A stretch of DNA of 64,000 nt from Fistulifera solaris (lineage: Eukaryota), in the NCBI GenBank assembly GCA_030295235.1, contig AP026154.1, positions 496,001 to 560,000 on the forward strand. The letters run 5' to 3'. The notes below the pieces were generated by a model, which worked only from the letters and a program-made list of their open reading frames with translations, was not told the DNA's origin and did no database searches. This document shows positions 1 through 12,906 of the stretch, piece by piece. The translations under genes were made by a program, and so were the position numbers. Numbering within the stretch: position 1 is the stretch's first letter; each line of letters begins with the position of its first letter.

Positions 1-251
1 ATTATTCGTCAGAAAGGCAAAAAAACTGAAAGAAATCTGCGACGTCTCGAAAGTGACTGGATGATTCTTAGTGCCCCTTTTGCGAAAATAGTTCCGTGAC
101 CTGCCCGCATCGCCATTACCAAAGCAAAATCATCATTGTTTAGAATTGAAACAGGCTGTTTATTGCATAAAATAGTTCTATAGCTTCAAACCATGAAACA
201 CACGACACCCGAACAAAGCAGCAGAACTAAACAATGCGGAATTTTGGCGCG

Positions 252-1521
252 CTAAGAGCTTGGAAATTTCACTCTTACTTCCTCTTCCGAAAGAAAACCA
301 AGGTTTTGATTCATGCTACCATTGAACAGACGCCGTTCCCATGAGTTGATATCAAAGTACAGGTATTGAGAAGAGCCGTCGCGTTTGAACCACAGCTTGA
401 GTTCGCCGTGGTATCGCCATTCTCGGGTGTAGAGTTCCTGGGCAGCGTAGGCTTGCAGAACATCTTTCGGCAGAGAATAAAAAATGTAGAACAACGTTTC
501 CAGCTGAAATTTCGACAAATGTCCCGTTTTTAATGCCGGTGCTTGCATGTAATAGCAGGATGGCAACTGGTTTGTGTAGAAAGAGTGCCATAAGCAACCA
601 GTTGATGCACCAACGAACAGACAAAATCAATTTTGAACGTACCTGAAAATGAGGTTCTTTTGCGGGTGCTCCATCGGACCAAGGTCCCGAAAAGGTAGAA
701 TAGATCTGCTCTGTTGATCCTAAATTCAATCCCAGTAATGTCAAATCGGAGCCAAGTGCCAGTGCATTTCGATCCGCATCGGTCATTCGAATTACACCCA
801 AAAGTCCCAAAAGACCATAATCACCACTCAGTGCACTACCCCCTGCTGCAACAGACGCCGCTGAGCCTATCGCTCCCGCGGAAGGAGCCGATCGGTTCAT
901 AGGTGGATGTGGCGTTAATCCAGGTTGCTGAAGGCCTCGCAGGGCACCAAGTCCACCCAAACCAGTATTTCCGAGCAACCCCGAAGCTCCGTCTAGTTGC
1001 AAGCCGTCCATTTCCGGTTTATACATAGCCAGTCCACTGGATTGATTTCTCCCAATGGAAGATGGTAAGAGCGATCCATTGGAAGGTCCCACCACTCCGG
1101 AATTGGGTGCCGCACCCGTATTCAAGGCCGGAAAATCCTCCGACGCCATGTTGAAGTTTCCATTCCCCGTCATTGCTAGCCGGTATTTTCCTTGACCTTG
1201 CATCATCTGTTGGTGGGCCATTATTTGCTGTTGTTGTTGCTGCTGTTGCCGTAACGCCGCGAGCCCCGATCCACCCAGTGTCGGAAAATCACTCAAATCG
1301 AACGAAGTTGTCCCTCCCGTCAATTCATTCCCAAAATTCGTATTGTTGTTGTTGTTGTTGCTGTTGCTGTTATTATTGTTATTGAGTGATGAGAAACCAC
1401 CTTCCAGAAGATCGGACGGACCGCTGCTAAACATCCCCAAGTTCAAATAATCGGAGGTTCCTCCGGCGCTTCTTCCGTCTACAGAAGAAGCAGCGGAAGA
1501 GGCTGAACTGGTTGCCTCCAT
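252..1521 (-). CDS. CNOT2: CCR4-NOT complex subunit NOT2 (NOT2/3/5 box); 2 exons, intron 567-642
   Basis: NOT-box motifs DYGLLGLLGVIR, LALGSDLTLLGLNL and ETLFYIFYSLPKDVLQAYAAQELYTREWRYH. GT..AG intron 567-642 joins ORFs 352..1521 and 252..566 in frame (HFQ|LPSCYY). N-terminus is poly-N/poly-Q low complexity. Confidence 0.93.
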
Positions 1522-2613
1522 TGTTCAATTATTTCACTGAGAGTGCAAAAAGAAAGGGTTAGAAAAATCAATGATGTGTTTTGTGAAGAAATTATTTGTA
1601 ACAAATAACGAGATATCAATTGCTGCGCCATAAGATGCTTCAAGTTAAAACTGAGAAACGCTCCTACAAGTATCAGCTTTTCACAAATGAAAGCAAACAG
1701 GCCTATAATGATAAATCCTTCGTAAATTCATAATTGAAAGGAAGAAAAGGATGTTCGGCCTCGAAAGGAAATAAAGAGTACTGCAGACAACGTTTCGCGC
1801 TGGACCAGACGACAGCTCTTGTGAAAACACTATTTCTCCAATATTCTAGCACAGGAGCCCGTTCCGCCCGCTTCATCGCACCTTTTAATATGAACCGATC
1901 AAAGGATTTGAATAATTCTAGAAAAAAAAGACAAAAAAAGACGACACAATATTCATCATGATCGTCCTTACCTCTTCCAGCATTCGTTTTAGCACGGCGC
2001 GTGATTATTATTGTTGTTGTTGTTGTAGTGGTCTATGCGTCGTCCGAACTGAACCGGCACAACCTCTCATCATCATATCACCACGTGAAACAAGATGCTT
2101 TCGACGAAATGTCGCAGTTCGGTCATTCACTATAGGATCTAGGTACAGATTTTCGGAACGAATTCGTTTCTCTGGTCTCGGCTGTACTTTGGGGTCATCC
2201 GAAATCCAAAGGTTGGGTGCCTAGAGAGAGAGAGGGCGGCAGCATTATGGTATGGTGTTCTAGCTAGCCTCATCTTGATTAGGTTTCTTTTTTAAAAAAA
2301 ATCCATCGAGCTTTTACTGAAGAAATGATGCAAGGCAATGCCAGGCACAAGATGAAAGCCGTTATAACTCAAAGAATGAGTATATTTGCAAAGTGAGGTC
2401 GCTCTAGGGAAATAGATGAGTACTAGGAGTGCATGGTGAAGATTCAGATTTCGTTTTGTTGTATGTATGTGTTATGGATCTACTTTTTTTTGAAAATTTT
2501 GCCTTTTTACATTGTTTCTCAATTTGACCGAGATTGTCAAAGAATGCCAATCCTGAATCATATATTATAGTTGTTGCATGAAGGGACGCACACACAGGTC
2601 AATTTTTAGGAAA

Positions 2614-3105
2614 TTATTTGCGAGGTTGTTGAATGGGACGATGCATTACCGGCTGTGGCCGAGCCGTAGATTTGACACGCAGAGGCGCGAAAGTCATGTT
2701 CTTCTGGTGCCCAGCCGGTAAAGCCTTGATCAAACTACGTTCCTGGACAGCACACCGTGCGAGATGATGTGGTTTGATCCGAACGGAATGGTGGGCCGGC
2801 TTGGGACGTCCCACCAATCCACGTTGACGACGGACTTCCCAACGTTTGCGAATGTGACTAAAGTGATGACGCGCCTGTTCTTCGGCTTCTTCGAGTAACG
2901 CTAGCATTGCCATGGTCTCGACAAAGGCTTCACAGGCTTCCAATTCGGCCGCTTCTTGTGCATCCGGTGGAAAGCATTCCATAGGGTCTTCAATGCCGTG
3001 CAAGATGTCGTAAATATCTTGTTCCGTGGGTAGCACTAAGGAGGGGACGCCATTGTTGTAAATGGCAAAGGCGTCTTCGGGAAGTTCGAACAGAAGGGGT
3101 GCCAT
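2614..3105 (-). CDS. Hypothetical protein (163 aa)
   Basis: ATG at 3105 (MAPLLFELPEDAF) within ORF 2614..3246. Protein-like acidic helical segment (DAQEAAELEACEAFVETMA). No family recognised. Confidence 0.6.
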   Translation of the reverse strand: MAPLLFELPEDAFAIYNNGVPSLVLPTEQDIYDILHGIEDPMECFPPDAQEAAELEACEAFVETMAMLALLEEAEEQARHHFSHIRKRWEVRRQRGLVGRPKPAHHSVRIKPHHLARCAVQERSLIKALPAGHQKNMTFAPLRVKSTARPQPVMHRPIQQPRK

Positions 3106-3649
3106 GGTGATCGAATAGTTGTTGTTGGTGCTGCAAGATGAGAAAGCTAATAGATAGTATATTATTATAAGCCAAAGGATTCGGGTGGTTGGTTCGCTTT
3201 TTGTTGTGGATCGAGAATCGATCCGTTCTTTTCCCTGGGATGTCACTTGGATGTCAAAGAAAATTGTTCTTTGTCGGAACTATTTTGGATTGTGTTTTTC
3301 GTTTCTTGCGAACGTAGGCGTCAGTACTGCCTGCTACGCGGTACGGTATTTGATGCGATTGTTCGTGTTATCGCTTCTCTCCGTGAGAACCCAGCGCGCG
3401 CAAACGCTCGTTACCTTCATCCCTACTGCATTGATGCAGCATAAGGGTCATTCATCTTCGAAGAAAAGAAAAACAAAAACAAAAAAAAAGACCCGCGAAA
3501 AAAAAGGGGGACATCGACATCGCGAGCGAGCAAAGGGACGCCATGCAGTTTCGCTGGTACCAAGGTTCATTTCTTCATTCCTTTTGTTTGATAAGTTAAC
3601 GACGTGTGCCTTATAAAAGTATTAATCGAAACTACAAGAAGGAAGAATC

Positions 3650-4738
3650 ATGTTCATGTTCAAAGGAGATCAAGCATACATTGCCTCAGTTGTCGCAACC
3701 TACTGGATCGTTTCGATCAGTATGGTTTACCTCAATAAGGTTCTCATGAGCAGTGACACGGTTTCTATTCCGGCTCCACTTTTCATTACGTGGTTTCAGT
3801 GCGTCATTACTGCTCTCATTTGTTACGCCGCCGGAGAATTGGCGCATTCGAAACTCAAACGAGAAGCGGACGACGATGACGACGACGACGAAGACGAAAA
3901 AGAAGGACGCTCCTTGACCGACCATGGGAAACCATCCTTCTGGGCCCAATTCCCCAAAGCACAATATTTAGTAGGAACGGGACAAAAAGTCTTTCCATTG
4001 TCGCTCGTGTTTGTGGGCATGATTACGTTTAACAATTTGTGCCTCAAATGGGTTGAAGTCTCGTTCTACAACGTGGCACGTTCGTTGACCATCGTCTTCA
4101 ACGTCATTCTCACGCAAGCCATGTTGGGAGGCTCGACGTCTGCACAAGTTATGGGCTGTCTCGGAATTGTCATTCTCGGATTCTTTGTCGGTGCCCAGGG
4201 AGAAATCAACTTTTCCGTTTGGGGCACGTTGGCCGGTGTCTTGTCGTCGCTCTTTGTGTCACTCAACTCCATTTATACCAAAAAAGTGTTGCCTGTCGTG
4301 GACAATGATCACTGGAAATTGACTTTCTACAACAATGTCAACGCATGTATTCTCTTTGTGCCCATGATTTTGGTCTTTGAACACCAACCTCTCGCGGCGG
4401 CGTTTGGCAAACAATTTTTGTCGCCCATCTTTTGGTCGGCCATGATGGTGGCCGGATTCTTTGGTTTCTCGATTGGTATTGTCACGGTCTTGCAAATTAA
4501 GGCGACGAGCCCCTTGTCGCATAACATTAGTGGAACTGCCAAGGCGGCAGTGCAGTCGATTCTGGCATTTTATTTGTGGGGTAATGAATGGACGTTCTTG
4601 GGTCTTTTGGGGATTGCCATGGTATTGGGTGGTTCACTCCTCTATACGATCATTAAGATGAACGAGAGTGTGCCCAAATCAACCTTGTCAACGACGAAAG
4701 AGGAAGATTTGGAGCTTCAAAAGCCATTGAAGTCCTAA
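3650..4738 (+). CDS. SLC35C1: GDP-fucose transporter (SLC35C1-like nucleotide-sugar transporter)
   Basis: YWIVSISMVYLNK, APLFITWFQC, FVGMITFNNLCLKWVEVSFYNVARSLTIVFNV and QIKATSPLSHNISGTAKA; about 10 hydrophobic segments. Confidence 0.92.
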   Translation: MFMFKGDQAYIASVVATYWIVSISMVYLNKVLMSSDTVSIPAPLFITWFQCVITALICYAAGELAHSKLKREADDDDDDDEDEKEGRSLTDHGKPSFWAQFPKAQYLVGTGQKVFPLSLVFVGMITFNNLCLKWVEVSFYNVARSLTIVFNVILTQAMLGGSTSAQVMGCLGIVILGFFVGAQGEINFSVWGTLAGVLSSLFVSLNSIYTKKVLPVVDNDHWKLTFYNNVNACILFVPMILVFEHQPLAAAFGKQFLSPIFWSAMMVAGFFGFSIGIVTVLQIKATSPLSHNISGTAKAAVQSILAFYLWGNEWTFLGLLGIAMVLGGSLLYTIIKMNESVPKSTLSTTKEEDLELQKPLKS

Positions 4739-5970
4739 GGGTTCGAATCTTGCTTCATGTTGTGCTGCTTTTGTAAAGTAATACTTTGCAGTCTTTACTG
4801 AGTAATTGATCAACGTTGAATGGCGCTTAGAGTTTATAAAAAGTTGTGTGGTGTAAAATTTGACTTGTTTGCGTTGGTAACTACAGAGTAAGATAATAGG
4901 GTGCAATACGGAGCCAAACGAAAGAGTCGAATGTAGTCTAAACCTAAACGCTGCCAGTCAATAGCCATGAGTTAGGTCGAGTTTGATTTTCTAATTTCGT
5001 CGAGTGGCGGAAGACCACCACTGACATGCGGCGAATGGCGAACAGCGAATGGCGAATGGGTGGCAAAGTGTAAGTGACGGCTGATTCAGTTTGGAGACCG
5101 GATCCGGAGTCTGGAATCTTGAACGAGGAGTATGGAGTATGGCATAGGTCCGGAATCCGGAACCATGAAAGTAGACTAGGTTACTGCAAAATTGCACAGC
5201 TAAGCCTTGACTAAATAATTGAATCGTAGAGAAAAGTTAAGATTCACGCGTTCGGCGTTCGGCCTTCGGCCGTATGAAATTTATTACTCCGTACTCAGTA
5301 CTCAGTTTCGAAGTCGTTAGTCTTCCGTCCCCCCGTCCTTTGTCGTCCTTCAAGAGAAAGGGCGGAAAGGGAAAAGGTTGATATGTGAGAGCTAGTTGTG
5401 AGAGTTGAGAGCTGAGTTTTGCCTTTCAAAAAGGTTGCTGGCCATCTGGCATCAAGTGCGCGTCTGCTTCATGATTCACGGTGTAAGTCTACCATTCGCT
5501 TGTGATTAGTCATTAGTCATTAATCATTCCTTATTAGAGCGGTTTTGAGTAACCGGTTCTTCTTTAAAAGTTAGAAGGACAAACGTTTACGTGCAAGTTG
5601 ACGTTGCTGTTCAAATTTCAAAAAGCGGAGCGCGGAGAATCTTTGTTACTCCTCCTTCCTCTTATCTTGATATCTCATAACATGATTCACGCATGACTTA
5701 ACGATTTTTCGCATCATTATATCATTATGGCTCACTGTAATCTTTCCATCAGAGGGCAATATAGAAAAAACGAAGGAAAAAGGAAACATTCGAATGGAGC
5801 GAACCATTTCGAACGAATAAAACGCGAAAAATTGTAGGTCTCGGTTCTAGTCTTCCGTCTTCGGTATCAATTACTGCAAAACACAACTTCTTGATTCATT
5901 TCGGCAAATACGCGATGCCCAACTTACAGTTCATTCTGCTCCATCCTTCATTTGATCATCTTCTCTCATC

Positions 5971-6684
5971 ATGATTCTTGAACGAAACTCCATCAACCAA
6001 GAACTCTCTTGTCCGCAAGATAGCTTGCATTCGGCATTGTCACGCTTTGTATCGGCAGTGGACACTCCTCCGTGCGAATACAATAACATGACAGCAACTT
6101 CCTGCAGTCTCTTGAACAAGTATCGCAACGAGATGTTGGAACCGCTTCCTATCCACTCACCATCTTGTTTCGATACGCTCCGGGACGTTACTCCGACCCT
6201 CTTTGAAGACAATGTCCTGCAGCAGCTTCTGGAACCCACGCCTCTTTCGGAAGAAACGTGTTCACGGCTCAAGGAAGAAGCCAAATCTATCCCAGAATTA
6301 AACGACGAAGAATCATTGGTCTTACCAGAAGACGCCGATGGACCTCAATTGCACGATGTCGTTTGCTCTCGAGCCAAATTGTATTACCAAATGCCCGGTT
6401 GTCAACGATTCCGACACATTATTCGGGAGGCAATTCCAGCCTACCGGCAGGCCGCCACGCGACTCGACAAGTCTTCCGTCATTGCAGCGACGATGGATCA
6501 AGCCATGTATCATCCCACCCTTGGCTGTATACGCTTTTGGAAGTACGAATGTCACCGCAAGCGGTGGGTAAAGTTGGGCAGTGATCAAATTCGTGACAAG
6601 GTGGGTCATGCGCTGCGCGAAATGATTCACGAAACGATTCGCACGCAACGCACTCGTTCGATGATTCGATCCGATGTGAAATGA
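5971..6684 (+). CDS. DUF6824-like domain protein (family expanded in diatoms)
   Basis: C-terminal pattern HDVVCSR..GCQRFRHII..KSSVIAA..RFWK..WVKLGSDQIRDKVGHALRE. Confidence 0.75.
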   Translation: MILERNSINQELSCPQDSLHSALSRFVSAVDTPPCEYNNMTATSCSLLNKYRNEMLEPLPIHSPSCFDTLRDVTPTLFEDNVLQQLLEPTPLSEETCSRLKEEAKSIPELNDEESLVLPEDADGPQLHDVVCSRAKLYYQMPGCQRFRHIIREAIPAYRQAATRLDKSSVIAATMDQAMYHPTLGCIRFWKYECHRKRWVKLGSDQIRDKVGHALREMIHETIRTQRTRSMIRSDVK

Positions 6685-7326
6685 AAAGTTCGTAAGATTT
6701 CACAATAATGTTTTTGTTTGTTTATTTGTTTATTTATCTTCTTTTATATTTCTTTTATTATTTATGATCAAGGTAAGTATTATTGACGCGAATGATATAG
6801 ATGCTTCATTCCAAACACCTCGTGTCCGTGTCGCCGCATCTCGTGTCTACGGGGACAGCAACCACGCAAAAAATGAACCTTGCCATGACCTTCCGGAAGG
6901 ACGTTAAAATTCTGCCTCTGGTACAAGATTCTACGTAGGATCCACGACGAGGCAGAATTTTAACGACGTTTTCCCGGAGTTTTTCCGGAAGGTGTCGGGT
7001 GTCGGGTGTCGAGTGTCGAGAGGAGTCAAGAGAAGAAAGAAAGTGTGACGGGGTTTTTTCACTTTTCACTTGCGCATCCGTTTTGCCGTCCGTACTTCTT
7101 CCGTCACCCGTCGGTCCGTGTCTCCATACCTTGAAAAAGAGCGGCTCTCCTTCTCCCTACAAAAAAAACAATACCAGGTACAGAGTAGACCAACGACGAA
7201 AGAAGAGAAAACAGACCCTTCCTACTTTGCAATCATTTATTATTTGTCCTATTGATTATTATTATTTGGTAGAATCGATACCAGGTACTACTCTTTCTTG
7301 TTTATTTGTCTTGGAACTACGAAACA

Positions 7327-10063
7327 ATGACAACAGCTGTTGACGTTGATATGGAAGCATTGAAAGTGACAATTCACAATCTCGGTGAAAAAGTAAAGGA
7401 ACTCAAAACAACAACGAGTGCGGCCGACAAGACGGAAATCGATCAGGCCGTGCAAGCTTTGTTGACCGCCAAAAAGGAATACGCGCTAAACAACAACGGG
7501 ATTGGTGTCGATGGGAAACCCTTTCAAGAACCATTGAGTAAAGCGGAAAAGAAGGCACAAGCGAAAGCTGCTAAGCAAGCTGCACCGGAAGCTGCTGCTG
7601 CTGCTACAGACCCGGAAAAGAAAGCGGCCAAAAAGGCTGCCAACAAAGGTACGTCATAAGAGATACATTCGTCTCTTCTTCTGACATCATAAAGACTGTA
7701 GCTGAATGTCTCGTTCTTCATTTTTTCCTCTCACTCTTCTGCAGCCGCCAAGGAAGCCTTCAAACAGAATTCCAACACGATGATTCCTACCGCCAAAACC
7801 GTTGTCTCACCCACCATCGTGACAACCGTCGAACCGTATCACATTCTCATCAACCCCAATGCCCCCTTCATGGAACGTCCCGTCATTACTCTTGCGGTTG
7901 CTGTCCTGTTGGATGTCGCGTTGGATTTTACTATTGTGGCGGATCCCAAATGTCGTCATACCTGTTTGGGTTTGCCGGCGGGGCAGGGTTCGGTGGCCGG
8001 TGATTTGGCCATGGCGCGGGCCGTATTGCGGCTGTATGCGAACAATCCAGCGTTGTACAACAATATGGCGGCCATGGATTCGTGGATCGATTACGCACAA
8101 TCGTTGCAGCGTTTATCGGAAGCGCAACGGTTCAAGGCGATTGTTTTGTCGCTCGAAAAGGCGCTCGAGCACTCGACCTATGTGGTGGGTTACGCCCTGT
8201 CGTTGGCGGATTTGGTACTCTTTCAAGCGGCCGGATTCCCCACGCAGTCCCTACCGGTAATTCCTGTGGAGGCAGTGAACGCGCAACGTTGGTTCCGGAC
8301 CATGGCACAACATCCTGCCTTGCGACAGGCCACGCAATTGTGCATGGGAGTGGCCAAAGTGGAAGCCGCGTTCCCTGTACCGATGGATCCTTTGGTTTCG
8401 GGCATGGCACCCTTGGAAGGTGCCGTGGTGGGACAAGTGGTGACACGATTTCCACCGGAACCTTCGGGCTATTTGCACATTGGACACGCCAAGGCGGTGC
8501 TCTTGAATGATTATTATGCCCGTCGCTACAAGGGACGATTGATTGTACGATTTGATGATACGAACCCCTCCAAGGAAAAAGAAGAGTACCAAGAATCCAT
8601 TGTGGAAGATTTGGCGAAGTTGGGTGTTAAGCCCGATGTTGTTTCGTATACGTCCGATTATTTTCCCACGATTCAGCAAGCGGCGATTGAATTGATCCAA
8701 AAAGGACTGGCGTATATGGATGACACACCGCAGGAGCAGATGAAGGCGGAGCGTGCGGAACGGCAAGAATCCAAACATCGCAATCAAAGCGTCGAAGATG
8801 CCATGAAATATTTCGAAATGATGTGCAGTGGCAGCGAAGAAGGATCCACGTGGTGTCTGCGGGCCAAGATCGACATGTTCAGCGATAATGGAACTTTGCG
8901 AGATCCGGTTATTTATCGACAGAATCTCGAACCGCATCATCGGTGTGGTACCAAGTACTTTGCGTATCCAACGTATGATTTGGCGTGTCCAATCGTGGAT
9001 TGTAAGTGTTTAGGAGAAAAGTTTGCACCTTTTGAGTCTTGATGGTGCTTATGTACTGACTACTTCTCTTCTATTTTTCTTTTCAGCGCTCGAGGGTGTT
9101 TCTCACGCACTCCGTACCACGGAGTACAATGATCGAGATGAGCAATACCAATGGCTTCAAAAGGCTCTAAATCTACGACGCGTTCGCATTCACGCATTCT
9201 CGCGTGTCAATTTCAAGTACACGCTGTTGAGCAAGCGTAAATTGACTTGGTTCGTCGAAAGTGGAGTTGTAACTGGCTGGGGGGATGCTCGAATGCCCAC
9301 GATTCGCGGTGTTATCCGTCGGGGTGTGAATGTGCAAAGTTTGAAAAAGTTCATCTATTCACAAGGTGCTTCTCGTAATGTTGTACTCATGGATTGGATG
9401 GCATTCTTTGCGGAAAACAAGATTGAATTGGACAAGACGGCAAGACGTTTCATGGCCGTAGATAAAGATAACAACGTAAAATTGACCGTGACGAATGGTC
9501 CTTTGGCTGAGGAATATGTTTACGTGCAAACACCGAATCATCCGAAGAATGCCAGTCTCGGAACACGTGCAATCCGAACCTGCAAGCATGTGCTTTTAGA
9601 AAGCGTTGATGTTGAAGGTATCGAAGTCGGAGAAAGTATTGTCCTGATGCGATGGGGCGTTGTGAAAATCACCAAGGTTGATGGAATCGTGCTGGAAGGA
9701 GAGTACGATCCAGATGGAGATTTCAAAGCCGCCAAACGCAAGCTTACGTGGATGGCCGACGTTTCGGGTAACACCCCGGCAATTCTGACGGAGTTTGATC
9801 ATTTAGTGACCAAGGACAAATTGGATGAAGAAGATGATTGGAAATCATTTGTCAATCAGAACACAATGGCTACGACGGAAGTAATTGGGGACGCTGGTTT
9901 GAAGACGTTGCAAGAAAACGATGTCATCCAGTTGGAGCGTCGTGGTTTTTATCGCGTAGACCGTCCTTATATCAACAGAAACAAACCAGTTGTACTCTAC
10001 ATGATCCCCGAAGGGAAAAAGAAATCCATGTCGGGCATGCAAGGAAAATTGGCACATCATTAA
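7327..10063 (+). CDS. GluRS: Cytosolic glutamyl-tRNA synthetase with N-terminal WHEP-like and GST-like domains; introns 7649-7744 and 9002-9086
   Basis: TRFPPEPSGYLHIGHAKA (HIGH), RFDDTNP, YPTYDLACPIVDS|LEGVSHALRTTEY, LLSKRKL and QLERRGFYRVD. Both GT..AG introns restore the frame. Confidence 0.95.
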
Positions 10064-10120
10064 CTTATAGCCCTCTACTTTACTTTGAATTTATGAAAAT
10101 AGTTGAATGCAGCTCATCCC

Positions 10121-12330
10121 TTACCAGCCGTCTGCGCTTTCATCGACCGCACCGCTGCCTAGCGCAAAGACATGAATTTTATCTTTCTCAAAGCTTGGTA
10201 TGTATAGTTTTGCATAACCTGTGTCTTGAGGAGACGAAGTGAAATCGTCATAACCGATTGCAATACTACCAACGGTTGCTCCGCATTCAATCTCCATCAT
10301 GAGCTTGTAGGAAGGACTAGATTCTTCATTATCGGTGGCTAATGTTTCGTCTGGACGGAACACAAAGGCCGATTCGGCACAATCGCCAGCAACTGCAATC
10401 AACGGCCGTTTCTTCCCTCGGTCGTCTTTGTGAGCATGAAAGGTATATACAAATCCAGGCGCGCCGGGGTTCACCATATTTCCCAGTTTGCCCTTGACTT
10501 TAAACCCCGTAGCTACAGTCGTGCGCACCCAAGGCTCTGTTTTCCACGCATCGGCTTGTCCATTCGGAACACGATACGCAAACAAGGATCCACCTTCTAA
10601 TGGCTGATATTTGCTTTGGGAGGCATCTTCGCTTGTACCGGGGTCATACAAACATTCATGACTAGTCACGAGCAAATGCGAGAAATGATCCCCTTGTTCC
10701 AATGTTTTGACAGTACTGCCCGAGTCCACAACAACGTGTTGCGCTGCTGTCGATGTAATGCCCAAGTCAGCCAAAATGGATCCAAAGGCCGCACCGCAAT
10801 TCTCATCAATGTCACGAGAAAAAACAACTTTGGGGGAAAGACCTCGTTGGATCGAGTGCAATGAGACTTTGCCAGGAAAGAATTGAGACGATAAGACTTC
10901 AATAGTATCATCATTGGGATTCATGTCAGCGACACAGAACATGACATCAGGTCCCGAGGCCAATACATGGGCCTTCCATGGAAGATGCTTCGGATCGAGT
11001 GGATCAAAGACAGTTCCGTCGTGATCCAAAGGGGTACCCGTGGTAGGATCTATACGCGCCGGTACCGGACATTCCAACCAAATCAATTCTCCCGTCTTTT
11101 GAATTCCTGACATAATGTTCAAGTCAGCATTTAACGATGTCGAAACTTGACAACGCGCGGTCAAAAGTGATTGGCGCCCATCTCCAGTCAAATCCACCCA
11201 AACGGCCCTATGATAGAACCACCGATCGTTGGTCGTATCCAGTAATGGATGTTGCCGTTGCTGTTGCAATCGCAAAGAGGACAATGGCAAACGTCCAAAA
11301 TACCGTTTGGGTGAGGTCAATGGCCAATTGCGGGTCGTGGTAGTACCGGTCAACGATACGGTCCATTCCCGATGCAGATGACCGGGATACCGTACAACAT
11401 ACAATCCACCCCGATCTTTGCCGGGTACCAAAAATCCATCGCACACCAACAAAGCATCGTTGTGCCAAGGGACCGTTTGAACTTCGTTGGGCCATAAGAT
11501 GGTCCGTGCAGTTTTGTCATTGACCGAAGACAATTCGGTCGTCGCACAATCCATACATCGAACAATCCCTTTGCGTCCCGCCAACGAAAAGCCCGTCATC
11601 CACAATTGATCTTGGGTACAACAAATGCTAGTTTCTTCAGTGGTGAAAGAATAATATCGAGACTCTTGCGTCAATTGGGGTACAATTTGCAAATACCCGG
11701 GCCGTTCCGTCTTAATTTCGGCCAACAATTCGACTTTCATCATGTCTTGTCGTTCGTTTTGTGTATACCATTGCCATTGATCTAAAGACGCCAAACTACG
11801 ACTCGCAATGGTCCCATTGACGTAAACAGTCGTCGTACTACTCAACCATTGTCGGGTTGGTGTTTCCTGTAACGTAATACGGAGAGGATATTTGCCCGTA
11901 ATCAAAAAGCCTTGTCGACTGTGCGTGCGACTTAAAATCGATTGATGGAATTTGGATAAGCCATCCAGTGATGATGATGATGATAATGATGATGATAATA
12001 ATAATGTAGTTGATTTCGTTGATGATTGCTTTGTATTCCATGTTGCTGGCACTGCAATAGATGTTAGCGTAGTAGCACTTTTAGTTCTTGTCAAAGAGGT
12101 GACGTTTTGTGTCACGGAACAACAACAAGAAGAAGAAGAAGTCTCTAACACGGAAGTTGGGGAAGGTTGAGCGACGTGCTGTCGCACTACGTGCTGTATT
12201 GGTTTTGGATGGTGAAGAAAGGATTGTGAATGGAGGAAAAATGATTCCAAAACAGCAGTGTCAGCGTCGTTACTCGGAAGGGACGAGAGAAAGGTAATTT
12301 TCGTTTTCTTGTTGTTGTTGTCGTTGTCAT
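10121..12330 (-). CDS. VCBS/FG-GAP-like beta-propeller protein; likely start 12330 with a 1-base frame break in the A4 run 12249-12252
   Basis: 709-aa ORF with WFYHRAVWVDLTGDGRQSLLTAR (DxxGDG loop), GPDVMF, GAPGF, RPLIAVAGD and GATVGSIA. The ORF opens on TTG; the upstream ATG frame joins if one base is added in the homopolymer. Confidence 0.65.
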
Positions 12331-12429
12331 CGTATTCAAGTTTGTGAAGTGTTTACCGCAGAATATATAATATAGACAATCGCTGGGACGAGAAATATCT
12401 CTTCTCACTCTCGCCCTCTTTTCGTTTTC

Positions 12430-12537
<108 letters not shown>

Positions 12538-12906
12538 ATGATGATGATGTTGTTATTATTTGTTATTGGCTGCTTGAAGTTTTGTTGCGTGAAAAGGAAC
12601 GCGAAACGGTTATTCGCCGGTACGACACCTCTATGGTCTCGACCACCTATCGTATGGTACTATTGGAAAGACAGCTAATTATTTTCCTATACTGACGTAA
12701 GTACAATCACGAAACCTCAGGCACAAGACTGACTCGTAAGTGACGAGTCGTCACGACTCAAGGAATGACTATAGCGTCTCTCCTCCTTGGGAGGTGAAGT
12801 TGGCTTGGCTTTATTTTAGTAACGTCTCCATCCCAAAACTCCTTTCTTGTCAGAATTGAGATCTGATGGATGACTTCATTTCATTTCGTTTCATTTCGTC
12901 TTGTCA

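Noticed and set aside
8251..8940. Long antisense and alternate-frame ORFs (also 13258-13764, 19970-20569, 49564-50175)
   Set aside because: Shadows of well-supported genes with no independent motifs.
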